64,000 nt of DNA, taken from Eledone cirrhosa (lineage: Eukaryota). The position numbers and the translations under genes were made by a program. Location: the NCBI GenBank assembly GCA_964016885.1, contig OZ024750.1, positions 34,906,001 through 34,970,000 on the forward strand, read 5' to 3'. Shown here piece after piece: positions 14,371 to 31,300 of the stretch. The notes beneath the pieces are model-generated. The model was given only the letters and a program-made list of their open reading frames with translations, was not told the origin of the DNA and made no database searches. Within the stretch, counting starts at the first letter, position 1; the number at the start of each line of letters is the position of its first letter.

Positions 14371-17300
14371 CATCTTGACTTGAACAACTACCACATCTTG
14401 ACTTGACAACTACCACATCTTGACTTGAACAACTACCACATCTTGACTTGACAACTACCACATCTTGACTTGAACAACCACCACATCTTGACTTGAACAA
14501 CTACCACATCTTGACTTGACAACCACCACGCATCTTGACTTGAACAACTACCACATCTTGACTTGACAACTACCACATCTTGACTTGAACAACTACCACA
14601 TCTTGACTTGACAACCACCACACATCTTGACTTGAACAACTACCACATCTTGACATGACAACTACCACATCTTGACTTGACAACCACCACACATCTTGCC
14701 TTGAACAACTACCACATCTTGACTTGACAACTACCACATCTTGACTTGAACAACTACCACATCTTGACTTGACAACCACCACACATCTTGACTTGAACAA
14801 CTACCACATCTTGACTTGAACAACTACCACATCTTGACTTGACAACTACCACATCATGACTTGAACAACTACAACATCTTGACTTGAACAACCACCACAT
14901 CTTGACTTGACAACTACCACATCTTGACTTGAACAACCACCACATCTTGACTTGAACAACTACCACATCTTGACTTGACAACTACCACATCTTGACTTGA
15001 CAACTACCACATCTTGACTTGAACAACCACCACATCTTGACTTGAACAACTGCCACACATCTTGACTTGAACAACTACCACATCTTGACTTGAACAACCA
15101 CAACACATCTTGACTTGAACAATTACCACATCTTGACTTGAACAACTACAACTTCTTGACTTGAATAACCAACACATCTTGACTTGACAACTACCACATC
15201 TTGACTTGAACAACCACCACATCTTGACTTGAACAACTACCACATCTTGACTTGACAACTACCACATCTTGACTTGAACAACTGCCACATCTTGACTTGA
15301 CAACTACCACATCTTGACTTGAACAACTACCACATCTTGACTTGAACAACTGCCACATCTTGACTTGACAACTACCACATCTTGACTTGACAACTACCAC
15401 ATGTTGACTTGACAACTACCACATCTTGACTTGAACAACCACCACATCTTGACTTGAACAACCACAACACATCTTGACTTGAACAATTACCACATCTTGA
15501 CTTGAACAACTACAACTTCTTGACTTGAACAACCACCACATATTGACTTGACAACTACCACATCTTGACTTGAACAACCACCACATCTTGACTTGAACAA
15601 CTACCATATCTTGACTTGACAACTACCACATCTTGACTTGAACAACTGCCACATCTTGACTTGACAACTACCACATCTTAACCTGAACAACCACCACATC
15701 TTGACTTGAACAACTACCACATCTTGACTTGACAACTATCACATCTTGACTTGAACAACTACCACATCTTGACTTGAACAACTGCCTTATCTTGACTTGA
15801 AAACTACCACATCTTGACTTGACAACCACCACACATCTTGACTTGAACAACTACCACATCTTGACATGACAACTACCACATCTTGACTTGACAACCACCA
15901 CACATCTTGACTTGAGCAACTACCACATCTTGACTTGACAACTACCACATCTTGACTTGAACAACTACCACATCTTGACTTGACAACCATCACACCTCTT
16001 GACTTGAACAACTACCACATCTTGACTTGACAACTACCACATCTTGACTTGAACAACCACCACATCTTGACTTGAACAACTACCACATCTTGACTTGACA
16101 ACTACCACATCTTGACTTGAACAACTACCACATCTTGACTTGACAACTACCACATCTTGACTTGGACAACCACCACATCTTGACTTGAACAACCACAACA
16201 CATCTTGACTTGAACAATTACCACATCTTGAATTGAACAACTACAACTTCTTGATTGAACAACCACCACATCTTGACTTGACAACTACCACATCTTGACT
16301 TGAACAACCACCACATCTTGACTTGAACAACTTCCACATCTTGACATGACAACTACCACATCTTGACTTGACAACGACCACACATCTTGACTTGAACAAC
16401 TACCACATCTTGACTTGACAACTACCACATCTTGACTTGAACAACTACCACATCTTGACTTGACAACCATCACACATCTTGACTTGAACAACTACCACAT
16501 CTTGACTTGACAACTACCACATCTTGACTTGAACAACCACCACATCTTGACTTGAACAACTACCACATCTTGACTTGACAACTACCACATCTTGACTTGA
16601 ACAACTACCACATCTTGACTTGACAACTACCACATCTTGACTTGAACAACCACCACATCTTGACTTGAACAACCACAACACATCTTGACTTGAACAATTA
16701 CCACATCTTGAATTGAACAACTACAACTTCTTGATTGAACAACCACCACATCTTGACTTGACAACTACCACATCTTGACTTGAACAACCACCACATCTTG
16801 ACTTGAACAACTACCACATCTTGACTTGACAACTACCACATCTTGACTTGAACAACTGCCACATCTTGACTTGACAACTACCACATCTTGACTTGACAAC
16901 CACCACACATCTTGACTTGAACAACCACCACATCTTGACTTGAACAACTACCACATCTTGACTTGACAACCACCACGCATCTTGACTTGAACAACTACCA
17001 CATCTTGACTTGACAACTACCACATCTTGACTTGAACAACCACCACATCTTGACTTGAACAACTACCACATCTTGACTTGACAACTACCACATCTTGACT
17101 TGAACAACTGCCACATCTTGACTTGACAACTACCACATCTTGACTTGAACAACTACCACATCTTGACTTGAACAACTGCCACATCTTGACTTGACAACTA
17201 CCACATCTTGACTTGACAACTACCACATGTTGACTTGACAACTACCACATCTTGACTTGAACAACCACCACATCTTGACTTGAACAACCACAACACATCT

Positions 17301-18365
17301 TGACTTGAACAATTACCACATCTTGACTTGAACAACTACAACTTCTTGACTTGAACAACCACCACATATTGACTTGACAACTACCACATCTTGACTTGAA
17401 CAACCACCACATCTTGACTTGAACAACTACCATATCTTGACTTGACAACTACCACATCTTGACTTGAACAACTGCCACATCTTGACTTGACAACTACCAC
17501 ATCTTAACCTGAACAACCACCACATCTTGACTTGAACAACTACCACATCTTGACTTGACAACTATCACATCTTGACTTGAACAACTACCACATCTTGACT
17601 TGAACAACTGCCTTATCTTGACTTGAAAACTACCACATCTTGACTTGACAACCACCACACATCTTGACTTGAACAACTACCACATCTTGACATGACAACT
17701 ACCACATCTTGACTTGACAACCACCACACATCTTGACTTGAACAACTACCACATCTTGACTTGACAACTACCACATCTTGACTTGAACAACTACCACATC
17801 TTGACTTGACAACCATCACACCTCTTGACTTGAACAACTACCACATCTTGACTTGACAACTACCACATCTTGACTTGAACAACCACCACATCTTGACTTG
17901 AACAACTACCACATCTTGACTTGACAACTACCACATCTTGACTTGAACAACTACCACATCTTGACTTGACAACTACCACATCTTGACTTGAACAACCACC
18001 ACATCTTGACTTGAACAACCACAACACATCTTGACTTGAACAATTACCACATCTTGAATTGAACAACTACAACTTCTTGATTGAACAACCACCACATCTT
18101 GACTTGACAACTACCACATCTTGACTTGAACAACCACCACATCTTGACTTGAACAACTTCCACATCTTGACATGACAACTACCACATCTTGACTTGACAA
18201 CCACCACACATCTTGACTTGAACAACTACCACATCTTGACTTGACAACTACCACATCTTGACTTGAACAACTACCACATCTTGACTTGACAACCATCACA
18301 CATCTTGACTTGAACAACTACCACATCTTGACTTGACAACTACCACATCTTGACTTGAACAACCA
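12184..18365 (+). repeat. Long paralogue of 1-~7690 (offset 12183 before, and 10675 after, the 1508-bp duplication)
   Basis: ORF pairs 31/12214, 556/12739, 832/13015 (12183) and 3758/14433, 4741/15416, 7436/18111 (10675); 12183-10675=1508. Confidence 0.9.
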
Positions 18366-21300
18366 CCACATCTTGACTTGAACAACTACCACATCTTGAC
18401 TTGACAACTACCACATCTTGACTTGAACAACTACCACATCTTGACTTGACAACTACCACATCTTGACTTGAACAACCACCACATCTTGACTTGAACAACC
18501 ACAACACATCTTGACTTGAACAATTACCACATCTTGAATTGAACAACTACAACTTCTTGATTGAACAACCACCACATCTTGACTTGACAACTACCACATC
18601 TTGACTTGAACAACCACCACATCTTGACTTGAACAACTACCACATCTTGACTTGACAACTACCACATCTTGACTTGAACAACTGCCACATCTTGACTTGA
18701 CAACTACCACATCTTGACTTGACAACCACCACACATCTTGACTTGAACAACCACCACATCTTGACTTGAACAACTACCACATCTTGACTTGACAACCACC
18801 ACGCATCTTGACTTGAACAACTACCACATCTTGACTTGACAACTACCACATCTTGACTTGAACAACTACCACATCTTGACTTGACAACCACCACACATCT
18901 TGACTTGAACAACTACCACATCTTGACATGACAACTACCACATCTTGACTTGACAACCACCACACATCTTGACTTGAACAACTACCACATCTTGACTTGA
19001 ACAACTACCACATCTTGACTTGACAACTACCACATCTTGACTTGAACAACTGCCACATCTTGACTTGACAACTACCACATCTTAACTTGAACAACCACCA
19101 CATCTCGACTTGAACAACTACCACATATTGACTTGACAACTATCACATCTTGACTTGAACAACTACCACATCTTGACTTGACAACTATCACATCTTGACT
19201 TGAACAACTACCACATCTTGACTTGAACAACTGCCTTATCTTGACTTGAAAACTACCACATCTTGACTTGACAACCACCACACATCTTGACTTGAACAAC
19301 TACCACATCTTGACAATGACAACTACCATATCTTGACTTGACAACCACCACACATCTTGACTTGAACAACTACCACATCTTGACTTGACAACTACCACAT
19401 CTTGACTTGAACAACTACCACATCTTGACTGGACAACCACCACACATCTTGACTTGAACAACTACCACATCTTGACTTGACAACTACCACATCTTGACTT
19501 GAACAACCACCACATCTTGACTTGAACAACTACAACATCTTGACTTGACAACTACCACATCTTGACTTGAACAACTACCACATCTTGACTTGACAACTAC
19601 CACATCTTGACTTGAACAACCACCACATCTTGACTTGAACAACCACAACACATCTTGACTTGAACAATTACCACATCTTGACTTGAACAACTACAACTTC
19701 TTGACTTGAACAACCACCACATCTTGACTTGACAACTACCACATCTTGACTTGAACAACCACCACATCTTGACTTGAACAACTACCACATCTTGACTTGA
19801 ACAACTGCCACATCTTGACTTGACAACTACCACATCTTGACTTGACAACTACCACATCTTGACTTGACAACCACCACACATCTTGACTTGAACAACTACC
19901 ACATCTTGACTTGACAACTACCACATCTTGACTTGAACAACTACCACATCTTGACTTGACAACCACCACACATCTTGACTTGAACAACTACCACATCTTG
20001 ACTTGACAACTACCACATCTTGACTTGAACAACCACCACATCTTGACTTGAAAACTACCACATCTTGACTTGAACAACTACCACATCTTGACTTGACAAC
20101 CACCACACATCTTGACTTGAACAACTACCACATCTTGACATGACAACTACCACATCTTGACTTGACAACCACCACACATCTTGACTTGAACAACTACCAC
20201 ATCTTGACTTGACAACTACCACATCTTGACTTGAACAACTACCACATCTTGACTTGACAACCACCACACATCTTGACTTGAACAACTACCACATCTTGAC
20301 TTGAACAACTATCACATCTTGACTTGACAACTACCACATCTTGACTTGAACAACTACAACATCTTGACTTGAACAACCACCACATCTTGACTTGACAACT
20401 ACCACATCTTGACTTGAACAACCACCACATCTTGACTTGAACAACTACCACATCTTGACTTGACAACTACCACATCTTGACTTGAACAACTACCACATCT
20501 TGACTTGACAACTACCACATCTTGACTTGAACAACCACCACATCTTGACTTGAACAACTACCACATCTTGACTTGACAACCACCACGCATCTTGACTTGA
20601 ACAACTACCACATCTTGACTTGACAACTACCACATCTTGACTTGAACAACTACCACATCTTGACTTGACAACCACCACACATCTTGACTTGAACAACTAC
20701 CACATCTTGACATGACAACTACCACATCTTGACTTGACAACCACCACACATCTTGACTTGAACAACTACCACATCTTGACTTGACAACTACCACATCTTG
20801 ACTTGAACAACTACCACATCTTGACTTGACAACCACCACACATCTTGACTTGAACAACTACCACATCTTGACTTGAACAACCACCACATCTTGACTTGAC
20901 AACTACCACATCTTGACTTGAACAACCACCACATCTTGACTTGAACAACTACCACATCTTGACTTGACAACTACCACATCTTGACTTGACAACTACCACA
21001 TCTTGACTTGAACAACCACCACATCTTGACTTGAACAACTGCCACACATCTTGACTTGAACAACTACCACATCTTGACTTGAACAACCACAACACATCTT
21101 GACTTGAACAATTACCACATCTTGACTTGAACAACTACAACTTCTTGACTTGAATAACCAACACATCTTGACTTGACAACTACCACATCTTGACTTGAAC
21201 AACCACCACATCTTGACTTGAACAACTACCACATCTTGACTTGACAACTACCACATCTTGACTTGAACAACTGCCACATCTTGACTTGACAACTACCACA

Positions 21301-24300
21301 TCTTGACTTGAACAACTACCACATCTTGACTTGAACAACTGCCACATCTTGACTTGACAACTACCACATCTTGACTTGACAACTACCACATGTTGACTTG
21401 ACAACTACCACATCTTGACTTGAACAACCACCACATCTTGACTTGAACAACCACAACACATCTTGACTTGAAAAATTACCACATCTTGACTTGAACAACT
21501 ACAACTTCTTGACTTGAACAACCACCACATATTGACTTGACAACTACCACATCTTGACTTGAACAACCACCACATCTTGACTTGAACAACTACCATATCT
21601 TGACTTGACAACTACCACATCTTGACTTGAACAACTGCCACATCTTGACTTGACAACTACCACATCTTAACCTGAACAACCACCACATCTTGACTTGAAC
21701 AACTACCACATCTTGACTTGACAACTATCACATCTTGACTTGAACAACTACCACATCTTGACTTGAACAACTGCCTTATCTTGACTTGAAAACTACCACA
21801 TCTTGACTTGACAACCACCACACATCTTGACTTGAACAACTACCACATCTTGACATGACAACTACCACATCTTGACTTGACAACCACCACACATCTTGAC
21901 TTGAGCAACTACCACATCTTGACTTGACAACTACCACATCTTGACTTGAACAACTACCACATCTTGACTTGACAACCATCACACCTCTTGACTTGAACAA
22001 CTACCACATCTTGACTTGACAACTACCACATCTTGACTTGAACAACCACCACATCTTGACTTGAACAACTACCACATCTTGACTTGACAACTACCACATC
22101 TTGACTTGAACAACTACCACATCTTGACTTGACAACTACCACATCTTGACTTGGACAACCACCACATCTTGACTTGAACAACCACAACACATCTTGACTT
22201 GAACAATTACCACATCTTGAATTGAACAACTACAACTTCTTGATTGAACAACCACCACATCTTGACTTGACAACTACCACATCTTGACTTGAACAACCAC
22301 CACATCTTGACTTGAACAACTTCCACATCTTGACATGACAACTACCACATCTTGACTTGACAACGACCACACATCTTGACTTGAACAACTACCACATCTT
22401 GACTTGACAACTACCACATCTTGACTTGAACAACTACCACATCTTGACTTGACAACCATCACACATCTTGACTTGAACAACTACCACATCTTGACTTGAC
22501 AACTACCACATCTTGACTTGAACAACCACCACATCTTGACTTGAACAACTACCACATCTTGACTTGACAACTACCACATCTTGACTTGAACAACTACCAC
22601 ATCTTGACTTGACAACTACCACATCTTGACTTGAACAACCACCACATCTTGACTTGAACAACCACAACACATCTTGACTTGAACAATTACCACATCTTGA
22701 ATTGAACAACTACAACTTCTTGATTGAACAACCACCACATCTTGACTTGACAACTACCACATCTTGACTTGAACAACCACCACATCTTGACTTGAACAAC
22801 TACCACATCTTGACTTGACAACTACCACATCTTGACTTGAACAACTGCCACATCTTGACTTGACAACTACCACATCTTGACTTGAACAACTACCACATCT
22901 TGACTTGAACAACTGCCACATCTTGACTTGACAACTACCACATCTTGACTTGACAACTACCACATGTTGACTTGACAACTACCACATCTTGACTTGAACA
23001 ACCACCACATCTTGACTTGAACAACCACAACACATCTTGACTTGAAAAATTACCACATCTTGACTTGAACAACTACAACTTCTTGACTTGAACAACCACC
23101 ACATATTGACTTGACAACTACCACATCTTGACTTGAACAACCACCACATCTTGACTTGAACAACTACCATATCTTGACTTGACAACTACCACATCTTGAC
23201 TTGAACAACTGCCACATCTTGACTTGACAACTACCACATCTTAACCTGAACAACCACCACATCTTGACTTGAACAACTACCACATCTTGACTTGACAACT
23301 ATCACATCTTGACTTGAACAACTACCACATCTTGACTTGAACAACTGCCTTATCTTGACTTGAAAACTACCACATCTTGACTTGACAACCACCACACATC
23401 TTGACTTGAACAACTACCACATCTTGACATGACAACTACCACATCTTGACTTGACAACCACCACACATCTTGACTTGAGCAACTACCACATCTTGACTTG
23501 ACAACTACCACATCTTGACTTGAACAACTACCACATCTTGACTTGACAACCATCACACCTCTTGACTTGAACAACTACCACATCTTGACTTGACAACTAC
23601 CACATCTTGACTTGAACAACCACCACATCTTGACTTGAACAACTACCACATCTTGACTTGACAACTACCACATCTTGACTTGAACAACTACCACATCTTG
23701 ACTTGACAACTACCACATCTTGACTTGGACAACCACCACATCTTGACTTGAACAACCACAACACATCTTGACTTGAACAATTACCACATCTTGAATTGAA
23801 CAACTACAACTTCTTGATTGAACAACCACCACATCTTGACTTGACAACTACCACATCTTGACTTGAACAACCACCACATCTTGACTTGAACAACTTCCAC
23901 ATCTTGACATGACAACTACCACATCTTGACTTGACAACGACCACACATCTTGACTTGAACAACTACCACATCTTGACTTGACAACTACCACATCTTGACT
24001 TGAACAACTACCACATCTTGACTTGACAACCATCACACATCTTGACTTGAACAACTACCACATCTTGACTTGACAACTACCACATCTTGACTTGAACAAC
24101 CACCACATCTTGACTTGAACAACTACCACATCTTGACTTGACAACTACCACATCTTGACTTGAACAACTACCACATCTTGACTTGACAACTACCACATCT
24201 TGACTTGAACAACCACCACATCTTGACTTGAACAACCACAACACATCTTGACTTGAACAATTACCACATCTTGAATTGAACAACTACAACTTCTTGATTG

Positions 24301-26559
24301 AACAACCACCACATCTTGACTTGACAACTACCACATCTTGACTTGAACAACCACCACATCTTGACTTGAACAACTACCACATCTTGACTTGACAACTACC
24401 ACATCTTGACTTGAACAACTGCCACATCTTGACTTGACAACTACCACATCTTGACTTGACAACCACCACACATCTTGACTTGAACAACCACCACATCTTG
24501 ACTTGAACAACTACCACATCTTGACTTGACAACCACCACGCATCTTGACTTGAACAACTACCACATCTTGACTTGACAACTACCACATCTTGACTTGAAC
24601 AACCACCACATCTTGACTTGAACAACTACCACATCTTGACTTGACAACTACCACATCTTGACTTGAACAACTGCCACATCTTGACTTGACAACTACCACA
24701 TCTTGACTTGAACAACTACCACATCTTGACTTGAACAACTGCCACATCTTGACTTGACAACTACCACATCTTGACTTGACAACTACCACATGTTGACTTG
24801 ACAACTACCACATCTTGACTTGAACAACCACCACATCTTGACTTGAACAACCACAACACATCTTGACTTGAACAATTACCACATCTTGACTTGAACAACT
24901 ACAACTTCTTGACTTGAACAACCACCACATATTGACTTGACAACTACCACATCTTGACTTGAACAACCACCACATCTTGACTTGAACAACTACCATATCT
25001 TGACTTGACAACTACCACATCTTGACTTGAACAACTGCCACATCTTGACTTGACAACTACCACATCTTAACCTGAACAACCACCACATCTTGACTTGAAC
25101 AACTACCACATCTTGACTTGACAACTATCACATCTTGACTTGAACAACTACCACATCTTGACTTGAACAACTGCCTTATCTTGACTTGAAAACTACCACA
25201 TCTTGACTTGACAACCACCACACATCTTGACTTGAACAACTACCACATCTTGACATGACAACTACCACATCTTGACTTGACAACCACCACACATCTTGAC
25301 TTGAACAACTACCACATCTTGACTTGACAACTACCACATCTTGACTTGAACAACTACCACATCTTGACTTGACAACCATCACACCTCTTGACTTGAACAA
25401 CTACCACATCTTGACTTGACAACTACCACATCTTGACTTGAACAACCACCACATCTTGACTTGAACAACTACCACATCTTGACTTGACAACTACCACATC
25501 TTGACTTGAACAACTACCACATCTTGACTTGACAACTACCACATCTTGACTTGAACAACCACCACATCTTGACTTGAACAACCACAACACATCTTGACTT
25601 GAACAATTACCACATCTTGAATTGAACAACTACAACTTCTTGATTGAACAACCACCACATCTTGACTTGACAACTACCACATCTTGACTTGAACAACCAC
25701 CACATCTTGACTTGAACAACTTCCACATCTTGACATGACAACTACCACATCTTGACTTGACAACCACCACACATCTTGACTTGAACAACTACCACATCTT
25801 GACTTGACAACTACCACATCTTGACTTGAACAACTACCACATCTTGACTTGACAACCATCACACATCTTGACTTGAACAACTACCACATCTTGACTTGAC
25901 AACTACCACATCTTGACTTGAACAACCACCACATCTTGACTTGAACAACTACCACATCTTGACTTGACAACTACCACATCTTGACTTGAACAACTACCAC
26001 ATCTTGACTTGACAACTACCACATCTTGACTTGAACAACCACCACATCTTGACTTGAACAACCACAACACATCTTGACTTGAACAATTACCACATCTTGA
26101 ATTGAACAACTACAACTTCTTGATTGAACAACCACCACATCTTGACTTGACAACTACCACATCTTGACTTGAACAACCACCACATCTTGACTTGAACAAC
26201 TACCACATCTTGACTTGACAACTACCACATCTTGACTTGAACAACTGCCACATCTTGACTTGACAACTACCACATCTTGACTTGACAACCACCACACATC
26301 TTGACTTGAACAACCACCACATCTTGACTTGAACAACTACCACATCTTGACTTGACAACCACCACGCATCTTGACTTGAACAACTACCACATCTTGACTT
26401 GACAACTACCACATCTTGACTTGAACAACTACCACATCTTGACTTGACAACCACCACACATCTTGACTTGAACAACTACCACATCTTGACATGACAACTA
26501 CCACATCTTGACTTGACAACCACCACACATCTTGACTTGAACAACTACCACATCTTGAC
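12940..26559 (+). repeat. ~6.06-kb tandem duplication (12940-18996 / 18997-26559), second copy enlarged by a 1574-bp internal duplication
   Basis: ORF offsets 6057 (13015/19072 to 14570/20627), 5989 (14960/20949 to 16514/22503) and 7563=5989+1574 (16765/24328, 18637/26200). Confidence 0.9.
21165..24400 (+). repeat. 1574-bp tandem duplication
   Basis: ORF offset 1574 (21180/22754, 21405/22979, 22503/24077). The variant GAAAAATTACC occurs only at ~21470 and ~23044. Confidence 0.9.
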
Positions 26560-28380
26560 TTGACAACTACCACATCTTGACTTGAACAACTACCACATCT
26601 TGACTTGACAACCACCACACATCTTGACTTGAACAACTACCACATCTTGACTTGAACAACTACCACATCTTGACTTGACAACTACCACATCATGACTTGA
26701 ACAACTACAACATCTTGACTTGAACAACCACCACATCTTGACTTGACAACTACCACATCTTGACTTGAACAACTGCCACATCTTGACTTGACAACTACCA
26801 CATCTTAACCTGAACAACCACCACATCTTGACTTGAACAACTACCACATCTTGACTTGACAACTATCACATCTTGACTTGAACAACTACCACATCTTGAC
26901 TTGAACAACTGCCTTATCTTGACTTGAAAACTACCACATCTTGACTTGACAACCACCACACATCTTGACTTGAACAACTACCACATCTTGACATGACAAC
27001 TACCACATCTTGACTTGACAACCACCACACATCTTGACTTGAACAACTACCACATCTTGACTTGACAACTACCACATCTTGACTTGAACAACTACCACAT
27101 CTTGACTTGACAACCATCACACCTCTTGACTTGAACAACTACCACATCTTGACTTGACAACTACCACATCTTGACTTGAACAACCACCACATCTTGACTT
27201 GAACAACTACCACATCTTGACTTGACAACTACCACATCTTGACTTGAACAACTACCACATCTTGACTTGACAACTACCACATCTTGACTTGAACAACCAC
27301 CACATCTTGACTTGAACAACCACAACACATCTTGACTTGAACAATTACCACATCTTGAATTGAACAACTACAACTTCTTGATTGAACAACCACCACATCT
27401 TGACTTGACAACTACCACATCTTGACTTGAACAACCACCACATCTTGACTTGAACAACTTCCACATCTTGACATGACAACTACCACATCTTGACTTGACA
27501 ACCACCACACATCTTGACTTGAACAACTACCACATCTTGACTTGACAACTACCACATCTTGACTTGAACAACTACCACATCTTGACTTGACAACCATCAC
27601 ACATCTTGACTTGAACAACTACCACATCTTGACTTGACAACTACCACATCTTGACTTGAACAACCACCACATCTTGACTTGAACAACTACCACATCTTGA
27701 CTTGACAACTACCACATCTTGACTTGAACAACTACCACATCTTGACTTGACAACTACCACATCTTGACTTGAACAACCACCACATCTTGACTTGAACAAC
27801 CACAACACATCTTGACTTGAACAATTACCACATCTTGAATTGAACAACTACAACTTCTTGATTGAACAACCACCACATCTTGACTTGACAACTACCACAT
27901 CTTGACTTGAACAACCACCACATCTTGACTTGAACAACTACCACATCTTGACTTGACAACTACCACATCTTGACTTGAACAACTGCCACATCTTGACTTG
28001 ACAACTACCACATCTTGACTTGACAACCACCACACATCTTGACTTGAACAACCACCACATCTTGACTTGAACAACTACCACATCTTGACTTGACAACCAC
28101 CACGCATCTTGACTTGAACAACTACCACATCTTGACTTGACAACTACCACATTTGACTTGAACAACTACCACATCTTGACTTGACAACCACCACACATCT
28201 TGACTTGAACAACTACCACATCTTGACATGACAACTACCACATCTTGACTTGACAACCACCACACATCTTGACTTGAACAACTACCACATCTTGACTTGA
28301 CAACTACCACATCTTGACTTGAACAACTACCACATCTTGACTTGACAACCACCACACATCTTGACTTGAACAACTACCAC
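25000..28380 (+). repeat. ~1738-bp period duplication
   Basis: ORF offset 1738 (25057/26795, 25176/26914, 25903/27641, 26154/27892). Confidence 0.82.
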
Positions 28381-28399
28381 ATCTTGACTTGAACAACTA

Positions 28400-31300
28400 C
28401 CACATCTTGACTTGACAACTACCACATCATGACTTGAACAACTACAACATCTTGACTTGAACAACCACCACATCTTGACTTGACAACTACCACATCTTGA
28501 CTTGAACAACCACCACATCTTGACTTGAACAACTACCACATCTTGACTTGACAACTACCACATCTTGACTTGACAACTACCACATCTTGACTTGAACAAC
28601 CACCACATCTTGACTTGAACAACTGCCACACATCTTGACTTGAACAACTACCACATCTTGACTTGAACAACCACAACACATCTTGACTTGAACAATTACC
28701 ACATCTTGACTTGAACAACTACAACTTCTTGACTTGAACAACCAACACATCTTGACTTGACAACTACCACATCTTGACTTGAACAACCACCACATCTTGA
28801 CTTGAACAACTACCACATCTTGACTTGACAACTACCACATCTTGACTTGAACAACTGCCACATCTTGACTTGACAACTACCACATCTTGACTTGAACAAC
28901 TACCACATCTTGACTTGAACAACTGCCACATCTTGACTTGACAACTACCACATCTTGACTTGACAACTACCACATGTTGACTTGACAACTACCACATCTT
29001 GACTTGAACAACCACCACATCTTGACTTGAACAACCACAACACATCTTGACTTGAACAATTACCACATCTTGACTTGAACAACTACAACTTCTTGACTTG
29101 AACAACCACCACATATTGACTTGACAACTACCACATCTTGACTTGAACAACCACCACATCTTGACTTGAACAACTACCATATCTTGACCTGAACAACTAC
29201 CACATCTTGACTTGACAACTACCACATCTTGACTTGAACAACTACCACATCTTGACTTGACAACCATCACACATCTTGACTTGAACAACTACTACATCTT
29301 GACTTGACAACTACCACATCTTGACTTGAACCACCACCACATCTTGACTTGAACAACTACCACATCTTGACTTGACAACTACCACATCTTGACTTGAACA
29401 ACTACCACATCTTGACTTGACAACTACCACATCTTGACTTGAACAACCACCACATCTTGACTTGAACAACCACAACACATCTTGACTTGAACAATTACCA
29501 CATCTTGAATTGAACAACTACAACTTCTTGATTGAACAACCACCACATCTTGACTTGACAACTACCACATCTTGACTTGAACAACCACCACATCTTGACT
29601 TGAACAACTACCACATCTTGACTTGACAACTACCACATCTTGACTTGAACAACTGCCACATCTTGACTTGACAACTACCACATCTTGACTTGACAACTAC
29701 CACATCTTGACTTGACAACTACCACATCTTGACTTGAAGAACCACCACATCTTGACTTGAAATCTACCACATCTTGACTTGAACAACTACCACATCTTGA
29801 CTTGACAACTACCACATCTTGACTTGAAGAACCACCACATCTTGACTTGAAATCTACCACATCTTGACTTGAACAACTACCACATCTTGACTTGACAACC
29901 ACCACACATCTTGACTTGAACAACTACCACATCTTGACATGACAACTACCACATCTTGACTTGAAGAACCACCACATCTTGACTTGAAATCTACCACATC
30001 TTGACTTGAACAACTACCACATCTTGACTTGACAACCACCACACATCTTGACTTGAACAACTACCACATCTTGACATGACAACTACCACATCTTGACTTG
30101 ACAACCACCACACATCTTGACTTGAACAACTACCACATCTTGACTTGACAACTACCACATCTTGACTTGAACAACTACCACATCTTGACTTGACAACCAT
30201 CACACATCTTGACTTGAACAACTACCACATCTTGACTTGACAACTACCACATCTTGACTTGAACAACCACCACATCTTGACTTGAACAACTACCACATCT
30301 TGACTTGACAACTACCACATCTTGACTTGAACAACTACCACTTCTTGACTTGACAACTACCACATCTTGACTTGAACAACCACCACATCTTGACTTGAAC
30401 AACCACAACACATCTTGACTTGAACAATTACCACATCTTGACTTGAACAACTACCACTTCTTGACTTGACAACTACCACATCTTGACTTGAACAACCACC
30501 ACATCTTGACTTGAACAACCACAACACATCTTGACTTGAACAACCACCACATCTTGACTTGAACAACTACCACATCTTGACTTGACAACTACCACATCTT
30601 GACTTGAACAACTGCCACATCTTGACTTGACAACTACCACATCTTGACTTGACAACTACCACATCTTGACTTGACAACCACCACACATCTTGACTTGAAC
30701 AACTACCACATCTTGACTTGACAACTACCACATCTTGACTTGAACAACCACCACATCTTGACTTGAAAACTACCACATCTTGACTTGAACAACTACCACA
30801 TCTTGACTTGACAACTACCACATCTTGACTTGAACAACTACAACATCTTGACTTGAACAACCACCACATCTTGACTTGACAACTACCACATCTTGACTTG
30901 ACAACTACCACATCTTGACTTGAACAACTACAACATCTTGACTTGAACAACCACCACATCTTGACTTGACAACTACCACATCTTGACTTGAACAACTACC
31001 ACATCTTGACTTGACAACTACAACATCTTGACTTGAACAACCACCACATCTTGACTTGAACAACTGCCACACATCTTGACTTGAACAACTACCACATCTT
31101 GACTTGAACAACCACAACACATCTTGACTTGAACAATTACCACATTTTGACTTGAACAACTACAACTTCTTGACTTGAACAACCACCACATCTTGACTTG
31201 ACAACTACCACATCTTGACTTGAACAACCACCACATTTTGACTTGAACAACTACCACATCTTGACTTGACAACTACCACATCTTGACTTGAACAACTGCC

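Noticed and set aside
28150-28157. Singleton 1-bp deletions (CATTTGAC ~28150; CATCTGAC ~41798)
   Set aside because: Absent from paralogues and indistinguishable from consensus errors without the reads.
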